From a virus (Duplodnaviria; Caudoviricetes), in the IMG/VR virus record IMGVR_UViG_3300021964_009400: a stretch of 64,000 nt of DNA. One strand, written 5' to 3'. A program made the position numbers and the translations under genes. The notes under the pieces are model-generated. The model had not been told where the DNA came from. It did no database searches and saw nothing but the letters and a program-made list of their open reading frames with translations. Below, one piece after another: positions 51,366 through 61,700 of this stretch; the first letter of the stretch is position 1; the number at the start of each line of letters is the position of its first letter.

Positions 51366-52331
51366 ATGAAAATATTAATTACAGGTGGTTCTGGTTATTT
51401 AGGTTCAGTTATTACAGAAAAATTACTAAACAAAAACTATAAAGTTACTGTTTTGGATAATTTGATGTATAATCAAACCTCATCAATTATTTTTGCACAC
51501 AATCCTAATTTTGATTTTATATATGGGGATGTTAGAGATAAATCACTACTTAAATCTTTAGTAAATGATTTCGATGTAATTATTCCTCTAGCAGCAATAG
51601 TAGGATTTCCAGCTTGTGATAAAGATAAAGATTTAGCAACTGCAATTAATTATGAACACGTCCGCTACATTTGTGAGTTAGTAAAAGATTCTGATATACG
51701 AATAGTTTACCCAAATACAAATAGTGGATATGGGATAGGAGAGAATGGAGAGTGTACTGAAGAAAGCCCACTTAATCCAATATCACATTATGGGGTAACA
51801 AAAGTCAAAGCAGAGAGTGAGGTTTTGAGTATTGGTGGAATATCTGTAAGATTAGCAACAGTATTTGGCTCTTCCCCAAGAATGAGAATGGATTTATTGG
51901 TAAACGAATTTGTTTACAAGGCATTAACAGATAAATACATTACAATCTTTGAAAAGAATTTTGTAAGAAATTACATACACATTAGAGATGTTGCAAATGT
52001 ATTTTTGTTTATGATTGAAAATTATGAAACTCATAGTGGGGAGGTTTTCAATGTAGGTTTATCAGATGCTAATTTATCTAAACAACAATTAGTAGAAAAA
52101 ATACAAGAATATGTACCAGATTTTGCAATCACATATTCTGATTATTATGAGGATCCTGATAAAAGAGATTATATAGTTTCTAATGATAAAATTGAATCAA
52201 CAGGTTGGAAGCCTGAATTTTCATTAGATACTGGTATTGAAGAATTAATTAAAACATATACCATTCTTATACAAGATTTAAGTTCAAAGTATAGAAATGG
52301 GTTTCCATTAGGTTATGGCAAAAGGACATAG
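51366..52331 (+). CDS. NAD-dependent epimerase/dehydratase (extended SDR)
   Basis: TGGSGYLG; YGVTK. Confidence 0.9.
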   Translation: MKILITGGSGYLGSVITEKLLNKNYKVTVLDNLMYNQTSSIIFAHNPNFDFIYGDVRDKSLLKSLVNDFDVIIPLAAIVGFPACDKDKDLATAINYEHVRYICELVKDSDIRIVYPNTNSGYGIGENGECTEESPLNPISHYGVTKVKAESEVLSIGGISVRLATVFGSSPRMRMDLLVNEFVYKALTDKYITIFEKNFVRNYIHIRDVANVFLFMIENYETHSGEVFNVGLSDANLSKQQLVEKIQEYVPDFAITYSDYYEDPDKRDYIVSNDKIESTGWKPEFSLDTGIEELIKTYTILIQDLSSKYRNGFPLGYGKRT

Positions 52332-52899
52332 TATATTTTATAAACAAAGAGACTGGGATGATTTTCATTTCTATCATGGTTCTAAGTTAAATGAAGTAAA
52401 GGTTATACAACCCTCGGTTTATTATGAACAAAGAGGTTCTATATCTACAACTTATCATACAGATTATTACGATAGAATCTTGCCTGCTGAGGAAAGGACT
52501 AAGGGATTAAAATTTAAACATGATAGATTTTCTAAATCTAAACAAAATGTACTCAGAGGATTACACTATGATGATAAAACATGGAAGTTAGTAAGTTGTT
52601 TACATGGTAAAATTTATTTAGTAGTTTTAGATTTAAGACAAAAACAAGATAACTATGGAAAATGGGAATCTTTTATTCTTTCACCAGAAACAACAACACA
52701 GGTATTAATACCACCAATGTTTGCTAATGGACATTATGTATATGAAGATGATTCAATTTTTTATTATAAAATGGCATATCATGGTGAATACAATGATGAA
52801 AATAAACAACAAACAATTAAATGGGATAGTAAAAAGTTTAACATAGAATGGCCTTGTACAAATCCTATAATTTCAAAAAGAGATGCAAATGGAAATTAA
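52315..52899 (+). CDS. rmlC: dTDP-4-dehydrorhamnose 3,5-epimerase (RmlC-like)
   Basis: NVLRGLHY, KLVSCLHG, VVLDLR, FANGH motifs. Confidence 0.85.
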   Translation: MAKGHSIFYKQRDWDDFHFYHGSKLNEVKVIQPSVYYEQRGSISTTYHTDYYDRILPAEERTKGLKFKHDRFSKSKQNVLRGLHYDDKTWKLVSCLHGKIYLVVLDLRQKQDNYGKWESFILSPETTTQVLIPPMFANGHYVYEDDSIFYYKMAYHGEYNDENKQQTIKWDSKKFNIEWPCTNPIISKRDANGN

Positions 52900-53527
52900 A
52901 AATTTAGATTATCACGAAAATCGATGGGTTGATGGAAACTATTCAAAAGAAGAATTAATTGCTTTTGAAGATGATATTATAACACATTGGGAAGGTGGAG
53001 ATATTAGAGGACCAATTCATTTATCTAATGGAAACGAAAAACAACTTATAGAAATATTTAAAAAAATTGGAATAAGTGATTGGGTATTTTCAACTTGGAG
53101 GTCACATTATCATGCTTTATTACATGGAGTAGACCCAAAGTATTTAAAACAAAAGATTTTAGAAGGTAAATCAATAACTATTATAGATAAATCATCTAAT
53201 TTTTATTCTTCGGCAATAGTAACTGGTATTTTACCAATTGCATTGGGAGTTGCAAAAGGTTTAAAAGAAAAAGGAAGTGATGAAAAGGTTTGGTGTTTCA
53301 TTGGTGATATGACTTTTGAAACTGGTATCTTTTACGAGGTACACAAATATGCAAGAAACTTTGATTTACCAATTTATTTTGTAGTGGAGGATAACGAAGT
53401 ATCAACAAACACACCTACTGGTGCAACTTGGAATAATATTCAGAGAGAAATACCAGAAGATGTAATATATTACAAATATAAATCAAAATATCCCCATTAT
53501 GGGACAGGAAAATGGGTAGTATTTTAA
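52883..53527 (+). CDS. ThDP-dependent enzyme, E1-alpha/transketolase N-terminal-like
   Basis: HLSNGNE, WRSHYHAL, GD...N ThDP motif (IGDMTFETG...VEDN). Confidence 0.82.
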   Translation: MQMEIKNLDYHENRWVDGNYSKEELIAFEDDIITHWEGGDIRGPIHLSNGNEKQLIEIFKKIGISDWVFSTWRSHYHALLHGVDPKYLKQKILEGKSITIIDKSSNFYSSAIVTGILPIALGVAKGLKEKGSDEKVWCFIGDMTFETGIFYEVHKYARNFDLPIYFVVEDNEVSTNTPTGATWNNIQREIPEDVIYYKYKSKYPHYGTGKWVVF

Positions 53528-54699
53528 ATTTTGTTTCTTTATTTGGAGAGGACGATAGACCAGATTGGGTTATAAGAGGTCCTCTAACTGATTATCTTGA
53601 AAATAATTACAAACATACAATTGGAATTGATTTCGATAATAGTTTAAACAATATTATTGTATTAGAAACAGTAGAACATTTTAAAGGTTGTTTCCAAAAT
53701 CTTCGAACCAAGTTTTCAGGCACATCATTAGTTGAAATATTAAAAAACAATGATATAAAAATAATATTTGGGTCAATTGCAGACCCTTCCAGTCGTATTG
53801 ATAAAAACAAATTAATGAATCAAATCGAACTATTAAATTTAACAGATAAAGTTTACTATTTAGATAGTGTTATAAATCATCAAGAAGATAAAAATACTTT
53901 TTGTTATCATCATTTTTTAGAAGAACCTGGTATTCATTATGAAAACTTTGGAAACTATAATTTTTTTGAAGAAATTAATGATTTAGGTTATAAAAGTAAA
54001 GATATAGATGAAACTGAAATAGATACATTTAGAGAAAAAAAGTTTTTATCATTTAACAGAACCGTAGATAAAGATAATCGATTAAGTTTATATCACACTT
54101 ATTTAGAAAACGATTTTTCAGATTCATATTTTAGTTTCTTAAATATGTCAAGTGATTATAATGATGATATGGACGGTTGTAATTTTTTTACAAGTACACC
54201 AAAATTGAGTTATAGTAGTTATAAAGATAAATTGCCAATTGAACTTGATACAAAAGATATTGATGTAAATTTGTGTAATTTTAAAACAAGTAATACATTT
54301 AAAAAAAAATTATTTTTAAATTCTTGTATTAACATCGTAACAGAAACATCATTTAGCACTAATAGTATTTTTATATCAGAAAAAATTATAAAACCAATTT
54401 TATGTTTTCAACCCTTTTTAGTTTTAGGACCACAGTACTATCTTAAAGAATTAAAAAAATTGGGTTACAAAACTTTCTCTGAATTTTGGGATGAAAGTTA
54501 TGATGAAATAAAGAGTGGTGCACAAAGATATTTTGCAATAGAAAAAATAATATTAGAATTAAATAATAAAACAATTGAAGAAATAAATGAACTTTATCAG
54601 AAAACTAAAAATATATGTATATATAATAGGAAAGTATTTGATAATTTTAGACAAAATTCAATTCCACAAATAATAAAACAAATAGAAAATGAAGGATAA
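53512..54699 (+). CDS. putative glycosyltransferase (GT10-like paralogue 3 of 4)
   Basis: FLSFNR...NR; INIVTET...FISEKIIKPI...QPF...LGYKTFSEFWDESYD. Confidence 0.55.
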   Translation: MGSILNFVSLFGEDDRPDWVIRGPLTDYLENNYKHTIGIDFDNSLNNIIVLETVEHFKGCFQNLRTKFSGTSLVEILKNNDIKIIFGSIADPSSRIDKNKLMNQIELLNLTDKVYYLDSVINHQEDKNTFCYHHFLEEPGIHYENFGNYNFFEEINDLGYKSKDIDETEIDTFREKKFLSFNRTVDKDNRLSLYHTYLENDFSDSYFSFLNMSSDYNDDMDGCNFFTSTPKLSYSSYKDKLPIELDTKDIDVNLCNFKTSNTFKKKLFLNSCINIVTETSFSTNSIFISEKIIKPILCFQPFLVLGPQYYLKELKKLGYKTFSEFWDESYDEIKSGAQRYFAIEKIILELNNKTIEEINELYQKTKNICIYNRKVFDNFRQNSIPQIIKQIENEG

Positions 54700-55654
54700 A
54701 AAGGTTTTGATAACAGGTGCCAATGGATTGGTTGGTAACTATATGGTTCAAAAATGTATCGATAAAGGTGCATTTGTTACTGCGGTTGATATTAAACAAC
54801 CAGACAATCAAATTCAAAAATATAAAGATGAAAACTATCAATTCATCAAGGCAGATTTAAGAGAGTTCTCTTCTTGTAAAAGAGTTGTAGAAGGTCAAGA
54901 TATCATATTTCATATTGCAGGTGTTAAAGGTTCTCCTAAGAGGGCTATGGAACAACCCGCTGATTACTTTGTACCGATGTTACAATTCAATACTAATATG
55001 ATGGAGGCGGCTCGATTGGAAGATGTTGAATGGTATGTTTACACATCAACAGTTGGAGTTTATCAACCAGCTGAAGTATTTTACGAAGATGATGTATGGA
55101 AAACCTTCCCATCAGAAAAAGATAAGTATGCTGGATGGGCAAAGAGATTAGGTGAATTACAAGCTGAAGTTTATTCTGTATCATTCGATTGGAACAAAGC
55201 ATCAGTTGTAAGACCAGCAAACATTTATGGTAGACACGATAACTTCGGACCAGAATCAACAGTAATCGCATCACTTATCAAAAGATTATTTGGTGAAAAA
55301 GAACATCCACTAATTTGTTGGGGAGATGGTTCACCAATTAGAGATTTTATTTACGCTGGTGATGTTGCTGATGGAATCATAAAAGCATATGAACAAAAAT
55401 TAACACAACCAATCAACTTAGGTAGTGGTACTGGTGTTACCATTAGAGAACTTGCTGAAACTCTTGTAGATATCTACGAAGAAATGTATGGAGTTAAAGT
55501 TGGTATCGAATGGGATAGTACAAAACCAAATGGAGATGCAAAAAGATTAATGAGCACAGAAAGAGCTGAATCTTTCGGAGTTATTCAACAGGTATCTCTT
55601 AGAGAAGGATTAAAAGAAACAATAGATTATTATTTAAACGAATTTACAAAATGA
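54689..55654 (+). CDS. NAD-dependent sugar epimerase/reductase (GDP-fucose synthase / GDP-mannose epimerase-like)
   Basis: TGANGLVG; YAGWAK; RPANIYG; WGDGSPIRDF. Confidence 0.87.
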   Translation: MKDKKVLITGANGLVGNYMVQKCIDKGAFVTAVDIKQPDNQIQKYKDENYQFIKADLREFSSCKRVVEGQDIIFHIAGVKGSPKRAMEQPADYFVPMLQFNTNMMEAARLEDVEWYVYTSTVGVYQPAEVFYEDDVWKTFPSEKDKYAGWAKRLGELQAEVYSVSFDWNKASVVRPANIYGRHDNFGPESTVIASLIKRLFGEKEHPLICWGDGSPIRDFIYAGDVADGIIKAYEQKLTQPINLGSGTGVTIRELAETLVDIYEEMYGVKVGIEWDSTKPNGDAKRLMSTERAESFGVIQQVSLREGLKETIDYYLNEFTK

Positions 55655-56643
55655 AAAAAACAGACAAAATTTTAGTTACAGGCGCAAGTGGATTTATAGG
55701 TTCACGATTAATTAAGATGTTATACGAATTAGGTTACACTAACTTAAGAGCAACATCTTGGAGTAGAGATTTAAGAAACGATTTCGAAGGATGTGAAAAT
55801 ATAGAACATATCAAAGGTAATTTACAAGATGCAGATTTTTGTGAGATTGTATCAAAAGATTGTAATGTTGTAATTCATGCAGCTGCTAATACATCTAATG
55901 CATTAGATACACGATTTAATCCTTTACTTCATGTTACACCAAATGTAGAGATGAATGTAAACCTTATGGAACAATCATGGAAACATAAAGTAAGAAAATT
56001 TATTTTTATATCTTCGAATACAACTTATCCTGATAAAGGAGATGTTCCTTGTACTGAAGATATGGAAGTACAAACATCTGATATCGTACCAGTTTACAAA
56101 GCAGTAGGTTGGATGAAAAGATATTGTGAAACTCTTTGTGATTTCTTTTCAAACCAAATTCATGACCCAATGCAATGTGTAATCATCAGACCTTCAAATG
56201 CATTCGGACCAAACGATAAGTATGATTTTGAAAAATGTCATGTAACTCCAGCTAATATCAGAAAAGTTGCAGATAACTTAAACCCAATACCAGTTTGGGG
56301 TGATGGTACTGAAGTAAGAGATGTTATTCATGTTGATGATATGGTAAGTGGATTTATAACAGTTGCTGAAAAAGTTGATACATACGATATTTACAATGTA
56401 TCTTATGGTGAAGGATATACTGTTATGGAAGTGCTTGATAAAATTAAAGAAATCGAAGGAAACACAAACCCAGTCGAATTCGTAAACAACAAGGCACCAA
56501 TGATACCAGTTAGATTATTAGATAATACAAAATTAAAAGCACTTGGTTGGAAACCTAAATATGATTTAGAAAGTGGTTTAAGAGATGCACTTTCTTGGTA
56601 TAAAGAAAACAAAGACCAATTTAATCCTAATTCAAAACCATAA
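55651..56643 (+). CDS. NAD-dependent sugar epimerase/reductase (GDP-fucose synthase-like)
   Basis: TGASGFIG; VGWMKR; RPSNAFG; WGDGTEVRD. Confidence 0.87.
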   Translation: MKKTDKILVTGASGFIGSRLIKMLYELGYTNLRATSWSRDLRNDFEGCENIEHIKGNLQDADFCEIVSKDCNVVIHAAANTSNALDTRFNPLLHVTPNVEMNVNLMEQSWKHKVRKFIFISSNTTYPDKGDVPCTEDMEVQTSDIVPVYKAVGWMKRYCETLCDFFSNQIHDPMQCVIIRPSNAFGPNDKYDFEKCHVTPANIRKVADNLNPIPVWGDGTEVRDVIHVDDMVSGFITVAEKVDTYDIYNVSYGEGYTVMEVLDKIKEIEGNTNPVEFVNNKAPMIPVRLLDNTKLKALGWKPKYDLESGLRDALSWYKENKDQFNPNSKP

Positions 56644-57191
56644 TGGCAGAACCAAAGTTTACACCTTATTTAGATGCATTAACAGAGGCAATGAAACTTT
56701 GTATGGAAGATGATAAAACAATATTCATCGGACAACAGATAGTTTATTATGGAAACCCAATGAGTAAAACTATTGAGGGATTGCCAAAAGAAAGAATGAT
56801 AGAAACACCAGTAATGGAAGAAACCCAAATGGGAATGTCATTGGGTTTAGCAATGAGTGGATATAGTGTAGTAAGTTTTTATCCAAGATGGGATTTTGTA
56901 ATTTGTGCAGGAAATCAACTCATAAATCATCTAGATAAAATTAATGTAATGTCTGATGGTGCATGGAATCCTAATATAATTATTAGAGTTGGTAAAGGTT
57001 CTGATACTCCATTAGACCCTGGTCATCAACATAAGGCAGATTATACAGAAGAATTTAAAACAATTTTAAAACATATAAATGTGATAAAACTTGATTCTCA
57101 TGAAAAAATACTTCCTGCTTATAAAGATGCACTAAAAAAAGGTGGTATATGGTTGATGGTTGAATATCCTCAATTATATTATGAAAATTAA
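56643..57191 (+). CDS. ThDP-dependent enzyme, E1-beta pyrimidine-binding domain only
   Basis: IETPVMEETQMGMSLGLA; 182 aa with no C-terminal domain. Confidence 0.8.
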   Translation: MAEPKFTPYLDALTEAMKLCMEDDKTIFIGQQIVYYGNPMSKTIEGLPKERMIETPVMEETQMGMSLGLAMSGYSVVSFYPRWDFVICAGNQLINHLDKINVMSDGAWNPNIIIRVGKGSDTPLDPGHQHKADYTEEFKTILKHINVIKLDSHEKILPAYKDALKKGGIWLMVEYPQLYYEN

Positions 57192-58635
57192 TAGAGTATT
57201 TGATGTTATAGGTCCTAGAGGACCAGTTCCCAATGGATTAAATTGGAATTATACCGATACTTTTTGGGATTATAATTTTTACATTTATCATAAACTTATA
57301 GATGCGTTTAATAAAAAATATACACAACTATCAGTTTACGATTGTAATTTAAATCTACCAGGTGATAGTACAAAAACCTATCATATTAGTGATTTACATT
57401 TTGATGAATCAAAAAAATTAATCACAAATAATAATGAAAAATATTTCTATACCATACATCCATTTGGAAATGTTCATTTATCTACTGGTTTAGATATATC
57501 ATATCATCAAGGAAAGCATAGTTTTGATTTTATATCAAAGAAAGCAAAAATATATTCAGAAGCAACAAACTTTTGGTTTATATATGATTATAGTAGTGAG
57601 GGAGATATTAATGAGTATATATTTGAATCACTACATGAATCATGTAAGCGTACTAATATAAATCCTTCAAAAATTATTGTTATTACTGGTGCAGAAAATA
57701 CATCTGATATTTATAAAAGTTTTTTAGAAAAAAATCCACAAGATAATTTATTTTATACTGCATTTTATCCTTGGTCTCTTCTTGGAAAAGCGAAAGATAC
57801 ACAATCTATTTTGTTCGAAAGAAAAAGAATAAATTTTAATGGTTTTAATAATGAAAATTCATTGATGTTAGATGATGAGTTTGATAAATTAACTCAAAGA
57901 GAATCTTATGCACTTTGTTTAAATAGAAGATTGGCACCACATAGAATAATTTTAATTAGTTGGTTATTTGAAAACAATTTATTTGATAAAACAAAAACTT
58001 CTTATGATATAGAACTTTTACATAGAGATGATGCAGGATTGGATTTAGTATCTGGTAGTGGTCACGATGGAGAAAGTTACTTATTAAATCAAGATACCAA
58101 GAATCAGATAATGAGTGGTTACAGAAAAATGATACAAAAAGAAAAAAATATAATTGATTTCAAAGATATTAAAAATGTGTGGGGATTTGCATTTGAAAAA
58201 TCAGAAAATTACAAATCTACATATTTTTCAATTGTAACAGAAACTTTGTTTTATGAGTATGGAAATTATTTATCTGAAAAAACATGGAAACCAATTGCAC
58301 ATTTGCATCCATTTGTATTAATTAGTAGACCAGGTATGTTGAAGTTTTTACATAGTTTAGGATTTAAAACATTTTCTGAATTTTGGGATGAAAGTTATGA
58401 TACTATTGAATCAAATCCTAAAAGAATGGAAAAAATACTTAAAGTATTAACAGATTTATTATCTAAAAGTAAAGATGAATGGGATGAGTTAAATAAAAAA
58501 TTAAAACCAATACTTATTTATAATAGAAACTTACTTTTATCGTTTCAAGAAAAAAAAGTAGGTAATGCTTATAAAAATAAATTATTTAATTTAATTGAAA
58601 ATGAACCCAATCAAGAAAATTATTACTTACTTTAA
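57181..58635 (+). CDS. putative glycosyltransferase (GT10-like paralogue 4 of 4)
   Basis: LCLNRR..PHR; YFSIVTET...YLSEKTWKPI...HPF...LGFKTFSEFWDESYD; ATG at 57181. Confidence 0.55.
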   Translation: MKINRVFDVIGPRGPVPNGLNWNYTDTFWDYNFYIYHKLIDAFNKKYTQLSVYDCNLNLPGDSTKTYHISDLHFDESKKLITNNNEKYFYTIHPFGNVHLSTGLDISYHQGKHSFDFISKKAKIYSEATNFWFIYDYSSEGDINEYIFESLHESCKRTNINPSKIIVITGAENTSDIYKSFLEKNPQDNLFYTAFYPWSLLGKAKDTQSILFERKRINFNGFNNENSLMLDDEFDKLTQRESYALCLNRRLAPHRIILISWLFENNLFDKTKTSYDIELLHRDDAGLDLVSGSGHDGESYLLNQDTKNQIMSGYRKMIQKEKNIIDFKDIKNVWGFAFEKSENYKSTYFSIVTETLFYEYGNYLSEKTWKPIAHLHPFVLISRPGMLKFLHSLGFKTFSEFWDESYDTIESNPKRMEKILKVLTDLLSKSKDEWDELNKKLKPILIYNRNLLLSFQEKKVGNAYKNKLFNLIENEPNQENYYLL

Positions 58636-58717
58636 AAATAAAAAAAGAGAAAAACTTTATAAAAAAAAGTTAGAAGAACTTCGTAAAAGAGACCCATTCA
58701 TTTACAAAAACCACTAA
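58601..58717 (+). CDS. small basic protein (38 aa, RDPFIYK)
   Basis: Not in the track: MNPIKKIITYFKNKKREKLYKKKLEELRKRDPFIYKNH. Confidence 0.5.
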   Translation: MNPIKKIITYFKNKKREKLYKKKLEELRKRDPFIYKNH

Positions 58718-58762
58718 TTCTTTTTTCTTCCATATTTATATACTGATAAGGTATATTGGAAT

Positions 58763-61700
58763 ATGAACAAACTTTCACAATTTCTCGTAGAGAGTATATT
58801 GGAGGACAAAAGTCCTATTAAGAAGGTGGTAGTAATTTATGGTGGTAGATTTCAACCATTCCATAAAGGACACTACGGCACATACCAACACCTTGTCAAA
58901 AAATTCGGTAAAAATAATGTTTTTATCAGTACTTCCAACAAAGTAGAAAAACCAAAATCACCTTTTAACTTTAAAGAGAAGGTGAAAATCATGACTACGA
59001 TGTTCAATATACCTAAATCAAAAATAGTACAGGTAAAAAACAATTATGCTCCAACCGAAATCCTCAAAAAATACGATAAAAACACAACCGCCTTCATAGC
59101 CGTTGTTGGTGAAAAAGATTCCAATAGATTCCTTGGTGGAAAATATTTCAAACCATGGAAAGGGCATGCTGAAGTTGGTTATGAGGATGGTGGTTATGTT
59201 TATGCTGCTCCATCAAGTGGTGGTGGTATTAGTGGAACTGAAACTCGAAATGGTTTATCAGTTGGTTCTGATGACCAGAAGAAGTCTTTCTTTAAATCTC
59301 GTGCATATGGAAAGTTCAATGCAACGATTTTTAATATGATTACTGATAAACTTAATGAAGGGGTAATCGAGATTTCTAAAGAAAGGATAGAAGAATGGCT
59401 CATCAACGAGAGTTCGGTGATGAGTTCAGGTCAAGTGGATGATGGGCCAAACTTCTTTATTCCAAACTACGATATATTTCAACGAGTATCTGCTAAAAGA
59501 GCAGCAAAGATTGGATATGAGGTTGTAAATATGATTACTTCTAAAGAAATCGAAGATTACTATGACCATCCAAATTATCCTGATGGACCAGTAAAAGCAG
59601 TTACTTATTTCCCTGCTGGTGTTTTGGGTGCAAAAACCGCAACCAACCAAGTTGATATCTACTCATCTAAAGCATATTCGAATTGGTACAAACATATTAC
59701 TCGTAAGGCATCAATGGTAGGTTATGAGTTGGTTAAATCACTTGCAAGTAAAGAAGATTTAAAACAAGATAAGGAACAATCAGTAGATGATGCAAAAGGA
59801 GATAAGGTTTCTCAGAAAGAATACGAAGCATCTTTAAATGAGGCAATCAATCTACCAGTAGAAGTTGGTGATACTATCTTAATGGGTAGATTTAAAAACA
59901 AAAAGGTTAAAGTAAAAACTATTGGTAAAGATGAACATGGAATGCCAACTATCAATGGAAAAAAGGTTGTAACTTTCCGACTAATGAAAGAAGGTTTCGT
60001 AACCGAGCTCGCGGGAACTGAAGTAAAATGTGAAAAATGTAATCATTCTTGGGATATAGAAGAAGATGATACAGAAAAGTACCTTTGCCACTCCTGTGGT
60101 TGGGATTCACAACAACAAGAATATGATTATGCGGCATTTGATTCTTGGCAAGAAAAAATGGGTATATCTGAAGATGTGGATATAGATGAAAGAAGTAAGG
60201 GTAGATTAAGACCAGCAGATTTATTGAGAAGAAAAGCAGCGATGGCTGGTAAACGAGCTCAAATTGCAAGAAGAAGAAAAAGAACAATGATGAGGAGAAA
60301 ACCTCTTTCCAAGCTTAAAAAGATTGCATACAAAAAAGCATACCTACAAGTTTATGATGAGTTTATGCAGGATTTATTTCCTGGTATTGCTAAAAAAGAT
60401 TTATCAATTCAACAAGCAAAGATAGTTCATAAGAATGTATTAAGAAAAAAGAAAAGAGTTCTTAAAAGAGCAAGATTTAGATTCTTACCAGCATTAAGAG
60501 ATAAAGAAGCAGAAAAGTTTGGTGGTAAAAATAATACAAACGAATTAATGATTGGATATGCAGGACCTGAAGATATGAAAAGGTTTGCAAAGAGAAATAA
60601 AGAATATAGAAAAGATGCTGAATCAAGTAAAGAGTATCAATACGAACCAATCAAAGAACAATCAGATAAAAAAACACAATGTATCAATAACTTTGTAGAA
60701 TATGCTTGTAAAAGATTAAAACTTGATGGTAATCCGAAGATTTCATTAATGAGTGGTACAGAATATTCAGATACTCACAAAAGTTTAGGTGGTTTCAATC
60801 CACAAACAAAAGAAATCTATGTTGCAACTGAAAATAGATTAACTGCTGATATTTGTAGAACTATTGCACATGAATTAGTTCATAGAAAACAAGATGAGAT
60901 GGGATTATTAAAAGACCCAATCAAAGATGGAGCAGATGGTTCACCGATTGAAAACCAAGCTCATGCAGTAGCAGGTATTATTATGAGAGAATATGGTAGA
61001 ATTGATGATACAATCTACCAAGAAGAAATTAACTCTTTTTATTACGATGATTTAGCAAAGTATGTTTACAAAAAAAGAGGAGTGATAAATAAATTGTTCA
61101 AAAACTTATCTGATGAGAAAAAGGCTGAGTATTTAGAAAAACTTTACATCAAATTATTCCAAGGACCAACTTCAAGAATGGTTCACAGAGATATCAAAGG
61201 TAAAGGTGGTGATTTATTGAAGATGTTAAGAAAAGATAGAAGATTAAAAGAAGGTAATGAACTTAAAAAATTAGAAATTACCGATTTTAAATCCCTCTTT
61301 AAGAAAATGCCAAGTGATTTACAAAAGAGAGTTTACAATTTAAAGAACTTTGGACAGAGAGCAGATAAACATCCAGAGGGTAATGTACTTAAACACACAA
61401 TCACAGTTGTAAATCGTTCAATCAAAGAAGATGATATTGATATTGCAATCGCAGCAATGTTCCACGATATAGGAAAAGATGAAACTGCTGGTATTCATCC
61501 AAAGAAAGGACACATTACACACTTTGGACATGAGAAAGTATCAGCATCTTTAGTAAAGAAGTATAAAAAGTTTATAGAATCAGTTGGTGGTAATCCAGCA
61601 AATGTATTTTACATTGTTAAAAACCATATGAGATATAAACAACTATCTGTAATGACACCTAAAAAAGTAAATAAACTAAAATCATTCAGAGCATTCGATA

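Noticed and set aside
52883-57191. Pyruvate dehydrogenase auxiliary metabolic gene for central metabolism
   Set aside because: The subunits are truncated, there is no E2/E3, and they are embedded among nucleotide-sugar enzymes. Branched-sugar synthesis is more plausible.
40305-58635. Interpreting the sugar cluster as a bacterial O-antigen/capsule locus (host contamination)
   Set aside because: It is contiguous with phage tail genes, uses the same TATTTATA motif, and lacks wzx/wzy/ABC export genes.
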